A stretch of 64,000 bases of DNA from Phoronis australis. Taxonomy: Eukaryota > Animalia > Phoronida. A program made the translations under genes and the position numbers. The stretch lies in the NCBI GenBank assembly GCA_002633005.1, contig NMRA01000100.1, forward strand, positions 270,302 through 334,301. The letters run 5' to 3'. The notes beneath the pieces were generated by a model, which saw only the letters and a list, made by a program, of their open reading frames with translations, was not told the DNA's origin and searched no databases. Positions within the stretch are counted from its first letter, which is position 1. Each line of letters begins with the position of its first letter. Positions 1 through 11,792 of this stretch are shown in pieces.

Positions 1-3000
1 TTCACTGCTATCAAAATTCGCTGTTAAATTACAATCATTTTTCAGAAAATTCTGCTGAAATCCCAGGGCGAATTCTCACCGACAAATGCGTAGCTGCCGG
101 TCTCGCAATCGTAGATAGGGCTTGAAATCTTGAATAAGAATACAGCTTCGACTTAACAAATTACCTGAAACCCTCCTCAAGTTCTCCAAATAGTGTCTCT
201 AAGATTTTTAAGTTCTTGTGGAATCTGGATTAACTGCAGATTAAGTCCAAATCTACGCTAGATTGTAGCGCGCAACACGAGAAAAATCTCTGGAGGTACA
301 CACACGTTGTTGTCACGTGACGTTTGTCTTGAAGTTTGTATGCGTGTGTGTGAGAGTAAGCGTGCGTGTGCTTGTCATCAGAGTTCATTTTGCAGGAGTA
401 AATGCGATGTAATGATCTAGGTGTGCATTGTATCCAAAGAAATTAACTCAAGCAGTCAAGTAGAGCGTGTTTTAATATTTAGCTTAGCATTTGCTGGCCT
501 CATCTGCTAAAAAACGTTCGAGAATTGTTTCGGTAAGACCGATACATTGTATGTCACTCATTGAGTCGCCGGGTGAGTGAACGCGTGACCGTAGTGTAAC
601 AGCTATTTTCCGGAAGATTCGGGGTGTAAGGGTGCGAATGTATTCACTATCAGTGGGTCATTTTGACTTTAAAAACACCAATTATGATTAGTTAAATAAT
701 TTCTCTCAAAAATAATGAATTTTTTTCACACTATTAGAAACTTTCGGAAATTAGTGCCAATATTTATTTCTTGCCTACGCTATGTTACCCGTTTCATGAA
801 TAGATAGTTCCCGTCTAAATGTCTACGATGACAGCCGGTACATTATGCAGCGCGCGCTTCTTGCGCGCGTGCTAACACTAGTCGATTTTTTTGTTAGTCT
901 TCGATTCACGGTTTTTACGTGTACAAAGAAGTTTGGATTCCAGTTGTGGTCGGAGAAGATCTGTACCAGAAAGAAACAATGCAATCCCGCTGACAAGTAC
1001 GCTGCGTCTGTTTTCAAAGTCCAGACCTGCGTAGTGGGGACATCCCTCGCAAGAGCAGCAAAACTTTTGCGTTCTTTTTGAATAAGTTTGAAGTGTGTAC
1101 GGACATAACGGTGGGGCTCGTGGTCTACAAATTCAGGACTGTCGGATCTTTCAACTGATAAATTGAAGACGTTAGAACGGTAGGTAAGGCATTTTCGCAT
1201 GTAGTTCATTGGATGGGCGCTTATTTAGCGAAGTCTGAAAACGCGTTGGGGCATTTATTGGGGCATTGGCGCTTATTAGGGCGAATAGCGGCAGTTTTAC
1301 ATACATCAGCGTAGTTTAATGCACACAAATCACACGTCGTGAAAACCAATCGGCCATTCCACATATCCTAATCAATCACAATAGCCTTTGCGCACCCTAA
1401 TTTCCGGACATGCGCAATCGTTAAATCGATTCGGTTGCAACTCCGCTATTGGGAATGTACATTCTCAAGCTGATGGCAAGAACATAGTTTTAGTGAAATT
1501 CACCAAAACAAGAATTACAAAATCGAAGTTGGGATGTGCCGCCAAATCGGTTGCATATTTTGCCTTCTATGGTATTTTTGCAGGTTGATATTTTGTGCCA
1601 TGGTGCCATGTTGGGTAGGTACATTGTACTTTGTCCCCCGGTGGGTATTTTGCCCACTCAGGCAGGCCCAGGGGAAGGAAAATTTTATGGTGGGGAGGGG
1701 CCCAACTAATTCAACTTCGCCAATTTTAACACCTCTCGCGGTGCCGAATTTCAGAAACCTCCCTAACCGCATGGCCACTTCTGTATCCTCGCCGTTGGCA
1801 GTTTTGCACGCATACCCATAGGCCTACATATCTTGTTGTTTGTGGGCAAACCCCGGGAAGGAACCACCAAAAACTTTGCTACCCTTGTTTCAACAACTTT
1901 AAGCTTTAAAAAATTCAATAGAAAGAATAGTTTTGTACCTGAACTCGCTCAAGGGATTTTGACTTTTCATGGTGTAGATTTCTGAAATAGGCTACTAGGG
2001 TGGGTGCAGAAAAGATTCACTGCCAAAATTACATTTTAACAGTGTACAAGTAACTTAACATTAACCTTTGCGGCGAACAACGAAAGTCACTGAATCACGG
2101 GGACAAATAATATCACATCTGAATCTAATGAACAAAACATTGGGAAACTTTGGCAATAGTTTCACTCTTCGTGGCGAGTGAAAACGAGACCTAAGGTCGT
2201 CAAGATTCACTTCAGTAGGGACCATTTGGGAAAGAGGCTATTCAAAATCCGTCAGTTATTGAAACACATGTGAATGAGTTCTGGTTTAGGGCCTTATTGA
2301 CCACTGGTAAGTCTGAGTTTAGCCAAAATACCTGCAAAACAGTAGATTTAACTGGGGTAAAATGTCAATTTTAAAAAAGTAAAAACTGTCAAATTTGTCT
2401 TTTGACATAAATCGGGTCACCTTTACCATGTCTTTTTGTTAAAGTTTAAAGAAAAGGCTACAGCAGTACCAATAACATGTTGAAACGCGGTTTGATGTAA
2501 ATGTTCAACGTAAAATTTAGAAAACGTTGTTACAGGTTTTTAAATCACCATTTCGTTTTCGTTTGATGCGACTTTGAATTCGCTAATAAAAATCTTAAAA
2601 GTCCTATTTTTGATGGTCCGTCATGCAAATGTAAATTATAATTTCATCGTTTTGGAGAACAGTGACATGAAGCAACTTCATATGAATACGATTTGCCATT
2701 CCTGAGGTATGATATTAGTCACATTTGGTCAATAAGTTTTTGTTGAATCCTACATACATATATGGGGTATAAAAGTAATGATATTGCCCCGTGCCGCCCC
2801 TCCAAGAGAGGACCTCTTCGGAAATGGCCATTAGATTGCATAGAATACGTCGAACCTGTCCACAACTGAATGGGACTGCATTGTCATCTCTCTTATACAA
2901 AACGGCTTGCTAACTTTCCTGAATATTCGTCAGCAAACTCCAAAGATACATAGGCAAACGTGAAAAAAAAAAACTTACCATTAGGAACCAAAGAGCCCGT

Positions 3001-4735
3001 AGTCAGATCCGTCCATTTGTTATTAATTTGATAGGAATACACGTGCGAAAGATATTCTGTTTGCTAATGCCATATTTTAACCTGAATTTATGTAATCTAG
3101 AGTGAAATGGCATTCAGATTATCGGTTATAGTCTCCTTTCTTGCACGGGCAGTTGTGAATTTGTGATTTTACATGTAGGTGAAAATATGGCAAAAATCAC
3201 CCTTTTGGCCACTTCTGCCATTTCAAATTTTTCTCAGTGGACGTAGCGAAGTAAAAAATAGCACGATTTTGTTGAATTTTTTCATTGTTAAGAAACCCCA
3301 GTTAAGCCTTTTTTCAAGTGACTTGAGACAGCGTGCAAACAAGGGCTTTCATTGACCCAGACCAGTGGCAACGTCAAAATCAACCACTCGAGCTGTGTTC
3401 CGGAAATTGGCGCCTCTTTTGGGAATGCCATATGAAAGTATCGGAGTTCGGAACTATTGTATATGATCTATGATTGCACCATTGAGCAATGACGAAATAC
3501 AGTAACTGTTCAAGAATTTTCGAGTTTTATATATGTTTGCTCTAAAGACATTCATTATGAGGGCGCCCATAGAATGCAGTGAGAACTGATGGGGCTATCG
3601 TCATTGTAAATATTACAATGATAAATAAATATCCTCTCTGAAAAGATGATTGGACATGGAAACAAACATGTGTCCAGTTAGTGTTTTCGGCATTGATGAA
3701 TCAAATGATAATTTGCAAGTCTACTGAAAAATGCAAGTCATTACTTAGAACATAGTTCTATTGCAGTGCATCACCCTCAAAGCATATGTTCAATTATGTG
3801 AAATGGTAGGTGAGAATGAAGATTCTGCTATTTGCTGTGTTTTTAATTTTTATAAAAATCATCAAAAGGTGATCTGATGTGTGGGATTTGAACTCTCATT
3901 GCATACGAACCTGGTTGTGACTATGGTCTAGTGATTTTGCCATTAGACCATGAGGTTGTTGATGAATTTTTCGTGCAATCGGTTGCGCAATCATTCCTTC
4001 TTGTTTGTATATACTTACCGATGCAATTGTTTTGATGGACCGCCCAATCACTTGCTAGATTTGTGGGTCATTGTGTGTGATTTGTTCTAGTTTATTCCCA
4101 CTAGTTTTGACCACTCATTGCCCCATTCAATCATTTCACTAGTGCTGAGCACAACATTGTGGAAGAATTTTTGTCTGACTATCACAAAATCCAAAATTTA
4201 TTTTTGTGAAATTATTTTCCTTAAGGTAATGTCGAATGGTAAGAAGATTTAGAAATAGTGTGATTGGATTTGTGTTACTATTTATGTCACGAGACCAGCA
4301 AAAGTGGCGAATCAGAAACACTTTCCTATGACATATCACAGCCGTGATTACAGTGTCTACCAATGAAATCTCATTTCCAATATATATATTGGCTTCAACG
4401 CCACAAGCATCACGCCTTGACCACCACGAAATCGTTGCAAAACTAGACAGTACCGAAACCGAATACTAAACGCGTGATAAATGACTTTAGTCAGTTATGC
4501 TAAAGACACTTCAGAAAATCTGAGATGCTGCAATTAAAGTGCCTCGTAAATGAAGTCCAGTGCCACAGGATGAGCTCCTACTCACCAGAGTAGGTAAATT
4601 TGTGACTGAGTAGAGTAGGACCAGCCGCGTAGTGAAATCATATGCGATGTTCACCGACGAGAATTTGGTGACAGTTTTCACCCAAGCAGAAAGTGTAAAT
4701 ACCCTGACGCTGAACACCTGAAATATCAGTCAGTC

Positions 4736-4933
4736 CAGTGGCGTAGCGAGCACCAGCCCTTTACTCCCCTCCCCCTCCGTCGACACCTCAAATGGCATCC
4801 CCCACTCCTCCCCCTAGTCGGTAGCTGTGCAATCCACAGTGAAACTGGCGCCCCTCCTTGAAACATGTTTGTCAAACCCCTTCGGCAGGCGCCCGGGGAC
4901 ACCTGACGCCCCCCCTCCCTTGCTAAACCACAG
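4736..4933. mobile_element. hAT-type MITE
   Basis: Imperfect TIRs cagtggcgtagc / gctaaaccacag. Flanked by agtcagtc and aggcagtc (8-bp TSD, 7/8 match). Confidence 0.55.
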
Positions 4934-6769
4934 AGGCAGTCACTAGGTATGTTTGAAATCCAGACCATTGCTTGTGTCGTACTTTGTTGACCTAATGTAT
5001 GTCATGAATTGATTCATTTATAAAATTGTCTTTCGTGAATTGTTTTTCGACCCGGGGATGCAAATACGAAATTTCTGGCGACCGGTGGAGATTAAAAGTC
5101 ATAGCAGCCTGCGGGGACATTGCAATATGAATGAAAAATTACAATGAGTGTTGACCGAGTTAACGATTTTTTGTACTGAACAGAGGGCCATAGCCTCCGT
5201 GGGTGTCTTTTTTCCTTTGTCACTGGCTCTCACAACGAAAATCAAAAAACGGACGCAAGGCAGATTCGTCTTCTAGTCCGGTCTACAATCTCCATGTAGA
5301 CAAACAGCCACGGCATCTATCATATAGAACTCATGCCAGTTATAACTTATGTATATAATTTTTTGTAATAAGCAATAATGATCAGTGTAGTTTTCACAGA
5401 ATGGCAATTACCGGGATTTTCCGCAGATAAGTCCACCCGATGAAACGTCTATGGGCGTTTACTTGGTGTTAGAACTCCTGGTGTCAAGTGTCCATTTGGT
5501 GGGGCATTTATTCGGAAAATTTCCTCACAAAAGTAGGACCAAGAGCGATTCGTCTAAAGCTTCGTACGCAAAAAGTACGGGAGAGCCAAGTTTTTATTTT
5601 AGGTTATGAACAGGTTAGGAGCGACTGAATGAATTATTAGACGGTCTATTTTTGGAAAGGAGCAATATGGCTGCTGCAAAGTTTCAAATTAGGCCACAAA
5701 TGGCTTCAATGAAAACCTTCAAAATAGCCGTGTTTGTCACGCAAAATCAAAGCATGCAAATTTGAAAAAGAATTTTCGAAGTTGTGTCTTTTCTTAAGTT
5801 CAATAGATCGATGTCAACAAATGATAATGCTAAATTATTTAACCTATATAAATATGTATTTATGCTTTTGAATCCGTGATAGCTTGCTGCACTCCCAAGT
5901 AGGCCCTAAGTTACATATTGTTTTTCTGTACAGTAGGCTTATGGCCTTTATTACAGAAATAAATTGATTGAATTTCAAAAACGGAAAAAGCGGCAGACGA
6001 CAACATTTTCCCTTTCTTCAGACTGAAGAGTTCCTGGATAAATAGTCATAGATTCAGTAAAAGATAATTTCTTATCTTCAAGTAGATAATTTCGTATTTT
6101 GAAAATTTTAACAAGTTTGTTGTCTGTGCATAAAGGTTTCTTCGGACTTGAAAGCACATTTTTAACCGCGTGTTAGACGATACAGACTGCCTCAGAAATA
6201 AACCCTGGGCAAATCCCCCAAAGGTAATTGACAATAACTTGTTTCTTTTCTACCTGTTTTGCTGCTAATTTGTTTCCTCGAATATCCGGGCTCTGTGCCC
6301 ATGCCAACAGTCGCCACGGGTTCACCATAACGCCTGGAAATTTTGTGTGGGGAAATAAAAACGTCAGTCGTGCATCTCAATTTAGCAAACTATGAAACTG
6401 ACTTTAATGTTTAAGGGTTGTTGAGGGTTTACAAAGCGTTATTTTGTTACAGATATTTACGTTTCATTAAATGCCTTAAACTGGGCTCAGTGTTGGACAC
6501 TTGCTTTTGTACCGTGAACGAAACAAGAACATTGCTTTACCAGTTTTACGTCCGACGGTTTCGCAAATAAACTCGACAACAAAAGTCCAGTAAAAACGGG
6601 AGTATATTTCAAATGAAATAGCTAAACTAAATGATAACTTAAGTGATAAATCAAAAAGAGAAATAATAAGTAAAGACTGTGTTAGGGAAACTTAATACAA
6701 AAAATATGAGTTATTTATAAACGTCAGACGAAAAGGCAACGATTCGACAGGCTCTGGTGGGTTTTCGAG

Positions 6770-7603
6770 ACTGTGTAACCTCTGGAGGATTAGGTCGGAG
6801 TTGGGAAAGTCGGCTGGAAACTTGAGCCTGAATCCTGTCACGGGTGTGTGACAGACTGAATCTCCAGCCTCCTGTTCGGACTTCAATTCTTTCATGAATA
6901 CCCTCATTGACTCCTCATTCAAACCAATAGCTCCCCTTGTCGCTGATTAGTACATTGTCGAAGTCAAAGCTGTAACCAGATCCCTAACAATGAATAAACA
7001 CGGCAGAGTCACGTGTCACCGTAGTTAGGAGACGAAGCTGACACAACCGTGCATTCAAGGACTGCTTAATTTCACCTACACAAGTTACAGGGCACTCTCC
7101 ACACTGTATTCCATTAACCACATTAGCTATCCTTTCCTTAGGTTGTTTGTCCTTAGAGTGCACGAGTTTTAGTCTAGAAGTGCCAACAGGTTTGAAAGAG
7201 GTGGCAATAACAAATTCCTGAAAACCGATGGCAATTGTTCAGAAGGTCTATTCCACATATGAAATATATATCCTTGCCCATGGTTGATCTGGTTGAGGAA
7301 CGTCAATGTTGTTAATTCCCAACCTTGGTGTTCTACGGGTAGCCTTGCCAAAGGCCAAACGTGGGTATCCGCACATTTCCAAAGAGTTACGAAGTCTGTG
7401 TTTTTCTAATGTCCTGTCGTCAGAGACAGTCAGGTCCGCACGGTGATACAAGAGACGAATTACACCAAGTTTGAACAAAATGGGATGTTGAAAGCTGAAC
7501 TGTAAATTGTGAGACTCTAGAGATAGATTTATCAAGAGATCTAGGTATGGGCAGGCAGAAGTGGAATCCCCAGGTGGTTAACAAAACAGATAGCCGCGTC
7601 CAG
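6770..7603 (-). mobile_element. Degenerate Penelope-like retroelement fragment (RT C-terminus plus GIY-YIG)
   Basis: Minus-strand peptides QFSFQHPILFKLGVIRLLYHRA...LRNSLEMCGYP and GIVYG..C.EC.-like GIY-YIG remnants. Clearly homologous to the + strand copy at 16200-16784. Confidence 0.75.
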
Positions 7604-7604
7604 N

Positions 7605-7619
7605 AAAGAACAATTACAG
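7605..7619 (+). CDS. FANCM: 3' remnant of a FANCM exon (KEQLQ), truncated at the single-N assembly junction at 7604
   Basis: aaa gaa caa tta cag|gtgaga is a phase-0 donor. Joined to the next exon it reads [14 protein letters not shown], matching the FANCM QKEQLEVVKQFRDGG segment. Only 15 nt are visible. Confidence 0.6.
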
Positions 7620-8723
7620 GTGAGATGTGCTGAGTTTTTGAAGTCGCCTATGTTGCAATAGATATCTTCGTCTCACACTTTTACAAAAGGTTGCTGAGAA
7701 GTCCTTTGGGCAGACTTTGGACAACATTCATTTTTTAGGCTGTCGTTTTTGAGAAGTTTATTCAGGACATAAATATTTATTTGTCTTCAAAACATCTCGC
7801 GAAGACTCCAGGCAGTCATGCTCAATTTGCAAAAAGAATTCATTAGACCATTGTGTCAGCAACATTATTGTGTCAATTTTATGAACTTTGGAGACAGTTT
7901 AACATGCCAGAAGTACCAAATTTGAGCTTTGGCCGGGCATGATGCAAAGTTATCATGGAATAATATTAAAAGATGTATTAAAAATTTTTGTTATTTCAGA
8001 ACGTATTCTTTTATTGGACACAACATGAAAATCCCATCATATTTTGTGCTCACTTTGTGTACATGCAATATCGCTTTAAGAAATTTACCTCTCTGTGTGT
8101 AGTTTTGCTCACGGTATGAATCATACATCTGACGTGCTCTTAAACACTAAATGCTGTTTGTAACACTGAAGTGATAGTGGAATCTCTACATCATTTCTAG
8201 GAATACTTAGTGATCTTGACTTGATCAACCACTTCCTGCTCTGCCTTTCTTGTTCTGACTTATCTCGGTACTTGACATGGCGTCAGGAAATCGAATTTGA
8301 TTTGTGACATTCTTTGATGATATTAACAGAACTTGAGTTTTAACATGATACCTAAAACCACAGAGGCGTCATTTCTTCTGTCAGTATTTTGAAAACCCCT
8401 GTTTAAATTGAATTTCATTGAGATTGACTTGCGTACCATTATGGGCTTGGAGGGGATAACTAGTCCAAACACAGTGGCTTAGAATTTTGCGGAGATTTGT
8501 AAATTATGGGTATCATTCACATGCATTAGGCATTTTGGAACTATCATACAAGGTCAGTGAAAGCAGTTCTTTGTTAACCATGTAACTAACCACAGCTAAA
8601 TGATGGGTTTATTGTGCTGGCTGAGAATATAATTGGTTTATTACCCTCTATGGAGTCTGGATAGCAGAGCCCAACTGACAGCTCGGCATATGGCTTACTG
8701 TGACTGACCTTCACTGTGTGCAG

Positions 8724-8930
8724 GTGATGAAGCAGTTTCGTATGGGTGGCTACAACACGCTGGTCGCCACATGTGTTGGGGAGGAAGGGTTGGACATTGG
8801 CGACGTCGACCTGATCGTCTGTTTCGACGCCTCTAAGAGCCCCATACGACTTGTGCAGCGGATGGGTCGGACAGGAAGGAAACGTACGGGACGGATAGTG
8901 ATGCTGGTCACCGAGGGAAAGGAGGAGCAG
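8724..8930 (+). CDS. FANCM: FANCM exon, SF2 DEAH helicase C-terminal domain (motifs V-VI)
   Basis: 207-nt exon bounded by tgtgcag|GTG and CAG|gtggac, phase 0-0. Translates to [69 protein letters not shown], typical of FANCM/Mph1. Confidence 0.95.
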
Positions 8931-9054
8931 GTGGACTGTGTTGTTGTTGTTGCTGTTGTTGTTATTTTGTTATTTAGCATTAGCACCATTACTTAATTGT
9001 GATCTAGGCTCGTTAAGAGCCCCACGCACAGTGCAGCGGTGGCAGCGGCCCCAC

Positions 9055-9818
9055 ACATGTTGCATATTTACAAGGCAGAGTCTATACCACATTACACTTG
9101 TTCGTTGGTCATGATGCAGATTTATAACCTGGGCCAGTACCACAAAGCACAATGTTCATCACTCATACTGTTGGCTTAGAATCAAAGATAGTACCACATA
9201 ACACATCTTGATCACTCAATGTGTAGATTTGCAGCCAGAGAAAGTACCATATAACTAAATGTTCATCACTGTAGGTTTACAACTGGAGATATCCCGACAC
9301 ATGATCATCATTCATCTTACACATTTACAACCAGAGCCAGTACTCCATAACACAATGTTCTTCACTTATCCTGCAGGTTTACAACTAGAGCCAGTACTCN
9401 TCACTTATCCTGCAGGTTTACAACTAGAGCCAGTATTCCATAACACAATGTTCCTCACTTATCCTGCAGGTTTACAACTAGAGCCAGTACTCCATAACAC
9501 AATGTTCATCACTTATCCTGCAGGTTTACAACTAGAGCCAGTACTCCATAACACAATGTTCATCACTTATCCTGCAGGTTTATAACACCGGAGTTGGCAA
9601 AACACAATGTCATGCTCATTATCCGTCTTAAGACATTTACATTCAGAACCAGAACAACATAACACAATTATGTTAACCACTCATTCTGCAAATTTACAAG
9701 TTACTGGAGATGGCAAAACACGTGTTCATCATTCACCATACACAATCATTTACATTCAGATCCAGTATCTCATAGCACTTGTGCATTACTTCTACAGCTT
9801 TACAACCAGAGTCAGTAC
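9055..9818 (+). repeat. ~54-bp intronic minisatellite (about 14 units including the true exon junction) derived from the FANCM 3' splice site
   Basis: Unit is about tcacttatcctgcaggtttacaactagagccagtactccataacacaatgttca. tttacaac-like cores lie at about 9067, 9121, 9175, 9228, 9276, 9324, 9378, 9417, 9471, 9525, 9579, 9636, 9693, 9749 and 9799 (the real exon). Central units are near-identical, outer units are degenerate. Confidence 0.9.
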
Positions 9819-10014
9819 AGTAAGAAGAGTATTCACAAGGCCATTATGAACGGAGCCAAGTCGCTGCAGTTCTACAAGCAAAACCCACGCATGGTACCCC
9901 TAGGTCTGGCCCCACAGTCTCACAAGATGTACATCACAGTAAAGAGCAAGTTTCAGGCTGCTACAAAAACAAGGAAGGGAGAAGAGGGTGTGGTGCCACT
10001 GGAGGGTGTGGCAG
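9798..10014 (+). CDS. FANCM: FANCM exon following the helicase domain
   Basis: Acceptor ttctacag|CTT. Translates to LYNQSQYSKKSIHKAIMNGAKSLQFYKQNPRMVPLGLAPQSHKMYIT..., resembling human FANCM IYNQSQSNKRSIYKAI...FYQRSPRMVP...LHKMFIT. The 3' end is taken at gcag|gtaggc and is uncertain. Confidence 0.88.
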
Positions 10015-10778
10015 GTAGGCTGGGGGTCATTGTTGCTCTGGATGTAACACATGTCATCTTGTATGTTACTGTAAATTTTTTGTTGTATTTTGTTTGTGAG
10101 AATTTAAAGCAGGCGACTGTGAAGAGACAGAACAAGAGGCATTTGGCTGTTTGAAAAGCATATTTGTGACCCACCACCACAAAATGAGTCTTAAGTCGGA
10201 AACTATTTCCCGACCAGACTGCAAACAGTCGCTATCGGTTAAAATTAGGTCAAATTTTTTTTATTGCAGATTATGATTATTTATTCATTGTACTTCACAA
10301 AACAATACTTTAAAACAAGCAAACTTCATTTTAAATCTTATTCATTTCATTTTGAAAAACATCACCTTCTCCACGACTGCATATCTCGTGAAATTTTCAT
10401 CGAAATTTGCCGGTTTTCATGTCCTCATTGCTCAGTCTTCCGATGACCCAATTCGCTCGTAAACACATCAACAGAAAGGTCAAACTCTGCTCATTATGCA
10501 TGTAGTAAGCTCTTTGAGTTTTTCGTCCAATCATTAGTCGTTATTTCACTTTTTGCATTCGGGGTATTTTCAACAGAAGTGTCACTCACCAATCTTTTAG
10601 CTACCAATGACCTTTTAACCCAATGCATCGCTGACCTCATTCGCTAGAACTAGTTAAGTGGGTGTGAAACTGTGGGGTCGCGAGGTCACGGCATGTTTTC
10701 AAGACAGTAAGATAGCTGGTCGCCGTGTAGCTGATATCTGAGTGATTAACTCTTTCCTCTGACTGCCGTATCAAGATG

Positions 10779-11188
10779 AGCGAGAATTAACTGAACTCAT
10801 CAAAGAGCACATTTGTTGATTGAGACAAGGAGGAATTTCATGACAGCGACGAGTCGTCTGACGACAGCAACTCGTCGCCAGATGAGTTTCATGATCGACC
10901 CATCGCGAATACGGTTACGTCCGATTCCAAGTCGTTGGATTGGAACAAACAGAACTTGAAGAAAACAGTCCGGATTAGCTTAANCAGCGAGAATTAACTG
11001 AACTCAACAGAGCACATTTGTTGATTGAGACAAGGAGGAATTTCGTGACAGTGACGAGTCATCTGACGACAGCAACTGGTCGCCAGATGAGTTTCATGAT
11101 CGACCCATCGCGAATACGATTGCGTTGGATTCCAAGTCGTTGGATTGGAACAAACAGAACTTGAAGAAAACAGTCCGGATTAGCTTAA
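10779..11188. repeat. ~205-bp direct tandem duplication split by an N (10779-10983 / 10986-11188)
   Basis: Two slightly divergent copies of agcgagaattaactgaactc...cagtccggattagcttaa on either side of N10984. Confidence 0.85.
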
Positions 11189-11792
11189 TCGCACAACAAT
11201 GTCTTGTATCTGCAAAGCCAGTGGATCGGGGTGCAAGCAGCTGAATATTACTGCAAGAGAGAACAATCTTCGATAGGGCTGAATCACTCGGTGAGAAGTC
11301 GAGGAAATCGTTGCTCTTCAGTCAGTGTCACTGGACTTGGATAGGGATGAATGATTGTCATTTTTTCAAAATTATTCACACTAGTGTAGAATTTTGAATT
11401 ATTTCGAACAAAAATCAGCCACGAACGTGTATTTTGTAATCTACAGGACTTCATTTTATTAAATTTCTCCAGAATACACTTTAACTACTTGTTTTACTTG
11501 CGGTAACCCCTCCTGTCACAAGTGGACTGACCCTGTACACATTAGCTGGTTTTGCTCATTATCTCTGTTCTTGGTTTTTTAATGTTTATTATGAAATCTT
11601 CAGTACGATAAATATGCATGCCCACAAAGCGCCAAGAAGAATTGTACATGGGTTAAATAAATACAAAGAAAACCATATACAGTTATTATACACAAATATA
11701 TATTAATTAAAAAAATGTTAGGATTACAATGACATACGTAAATAAACCATTTTTATACACAATAAATTATTTCACATGTATACAATTTTATC

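Noticed and set aside
1-6700. Short ORFs and possible upstream FANCM exons
   Set aside because: No recognisable helicase motifs or consistent splice frames. The region looks like non-coding repeat debris.
8931-8996. Hydrophobic C-terminal tail [15 protein letters not shown] on the FANCM ORF
   Set aside because: Intronic (GTT)n microsatellite read past the splice donor, not a transmembrane segment.
9259-9585. ORF with 18-aa repeats (TYPAGLQLEPVLHNTMFI)n, and the array as a possible CRISPR
   Set aside because: The ORF is a by-product of a 54-bp intronic minisatellite. Units are contiguous with no unique spacers, there are no cas genes, and the context is eukaryotic.
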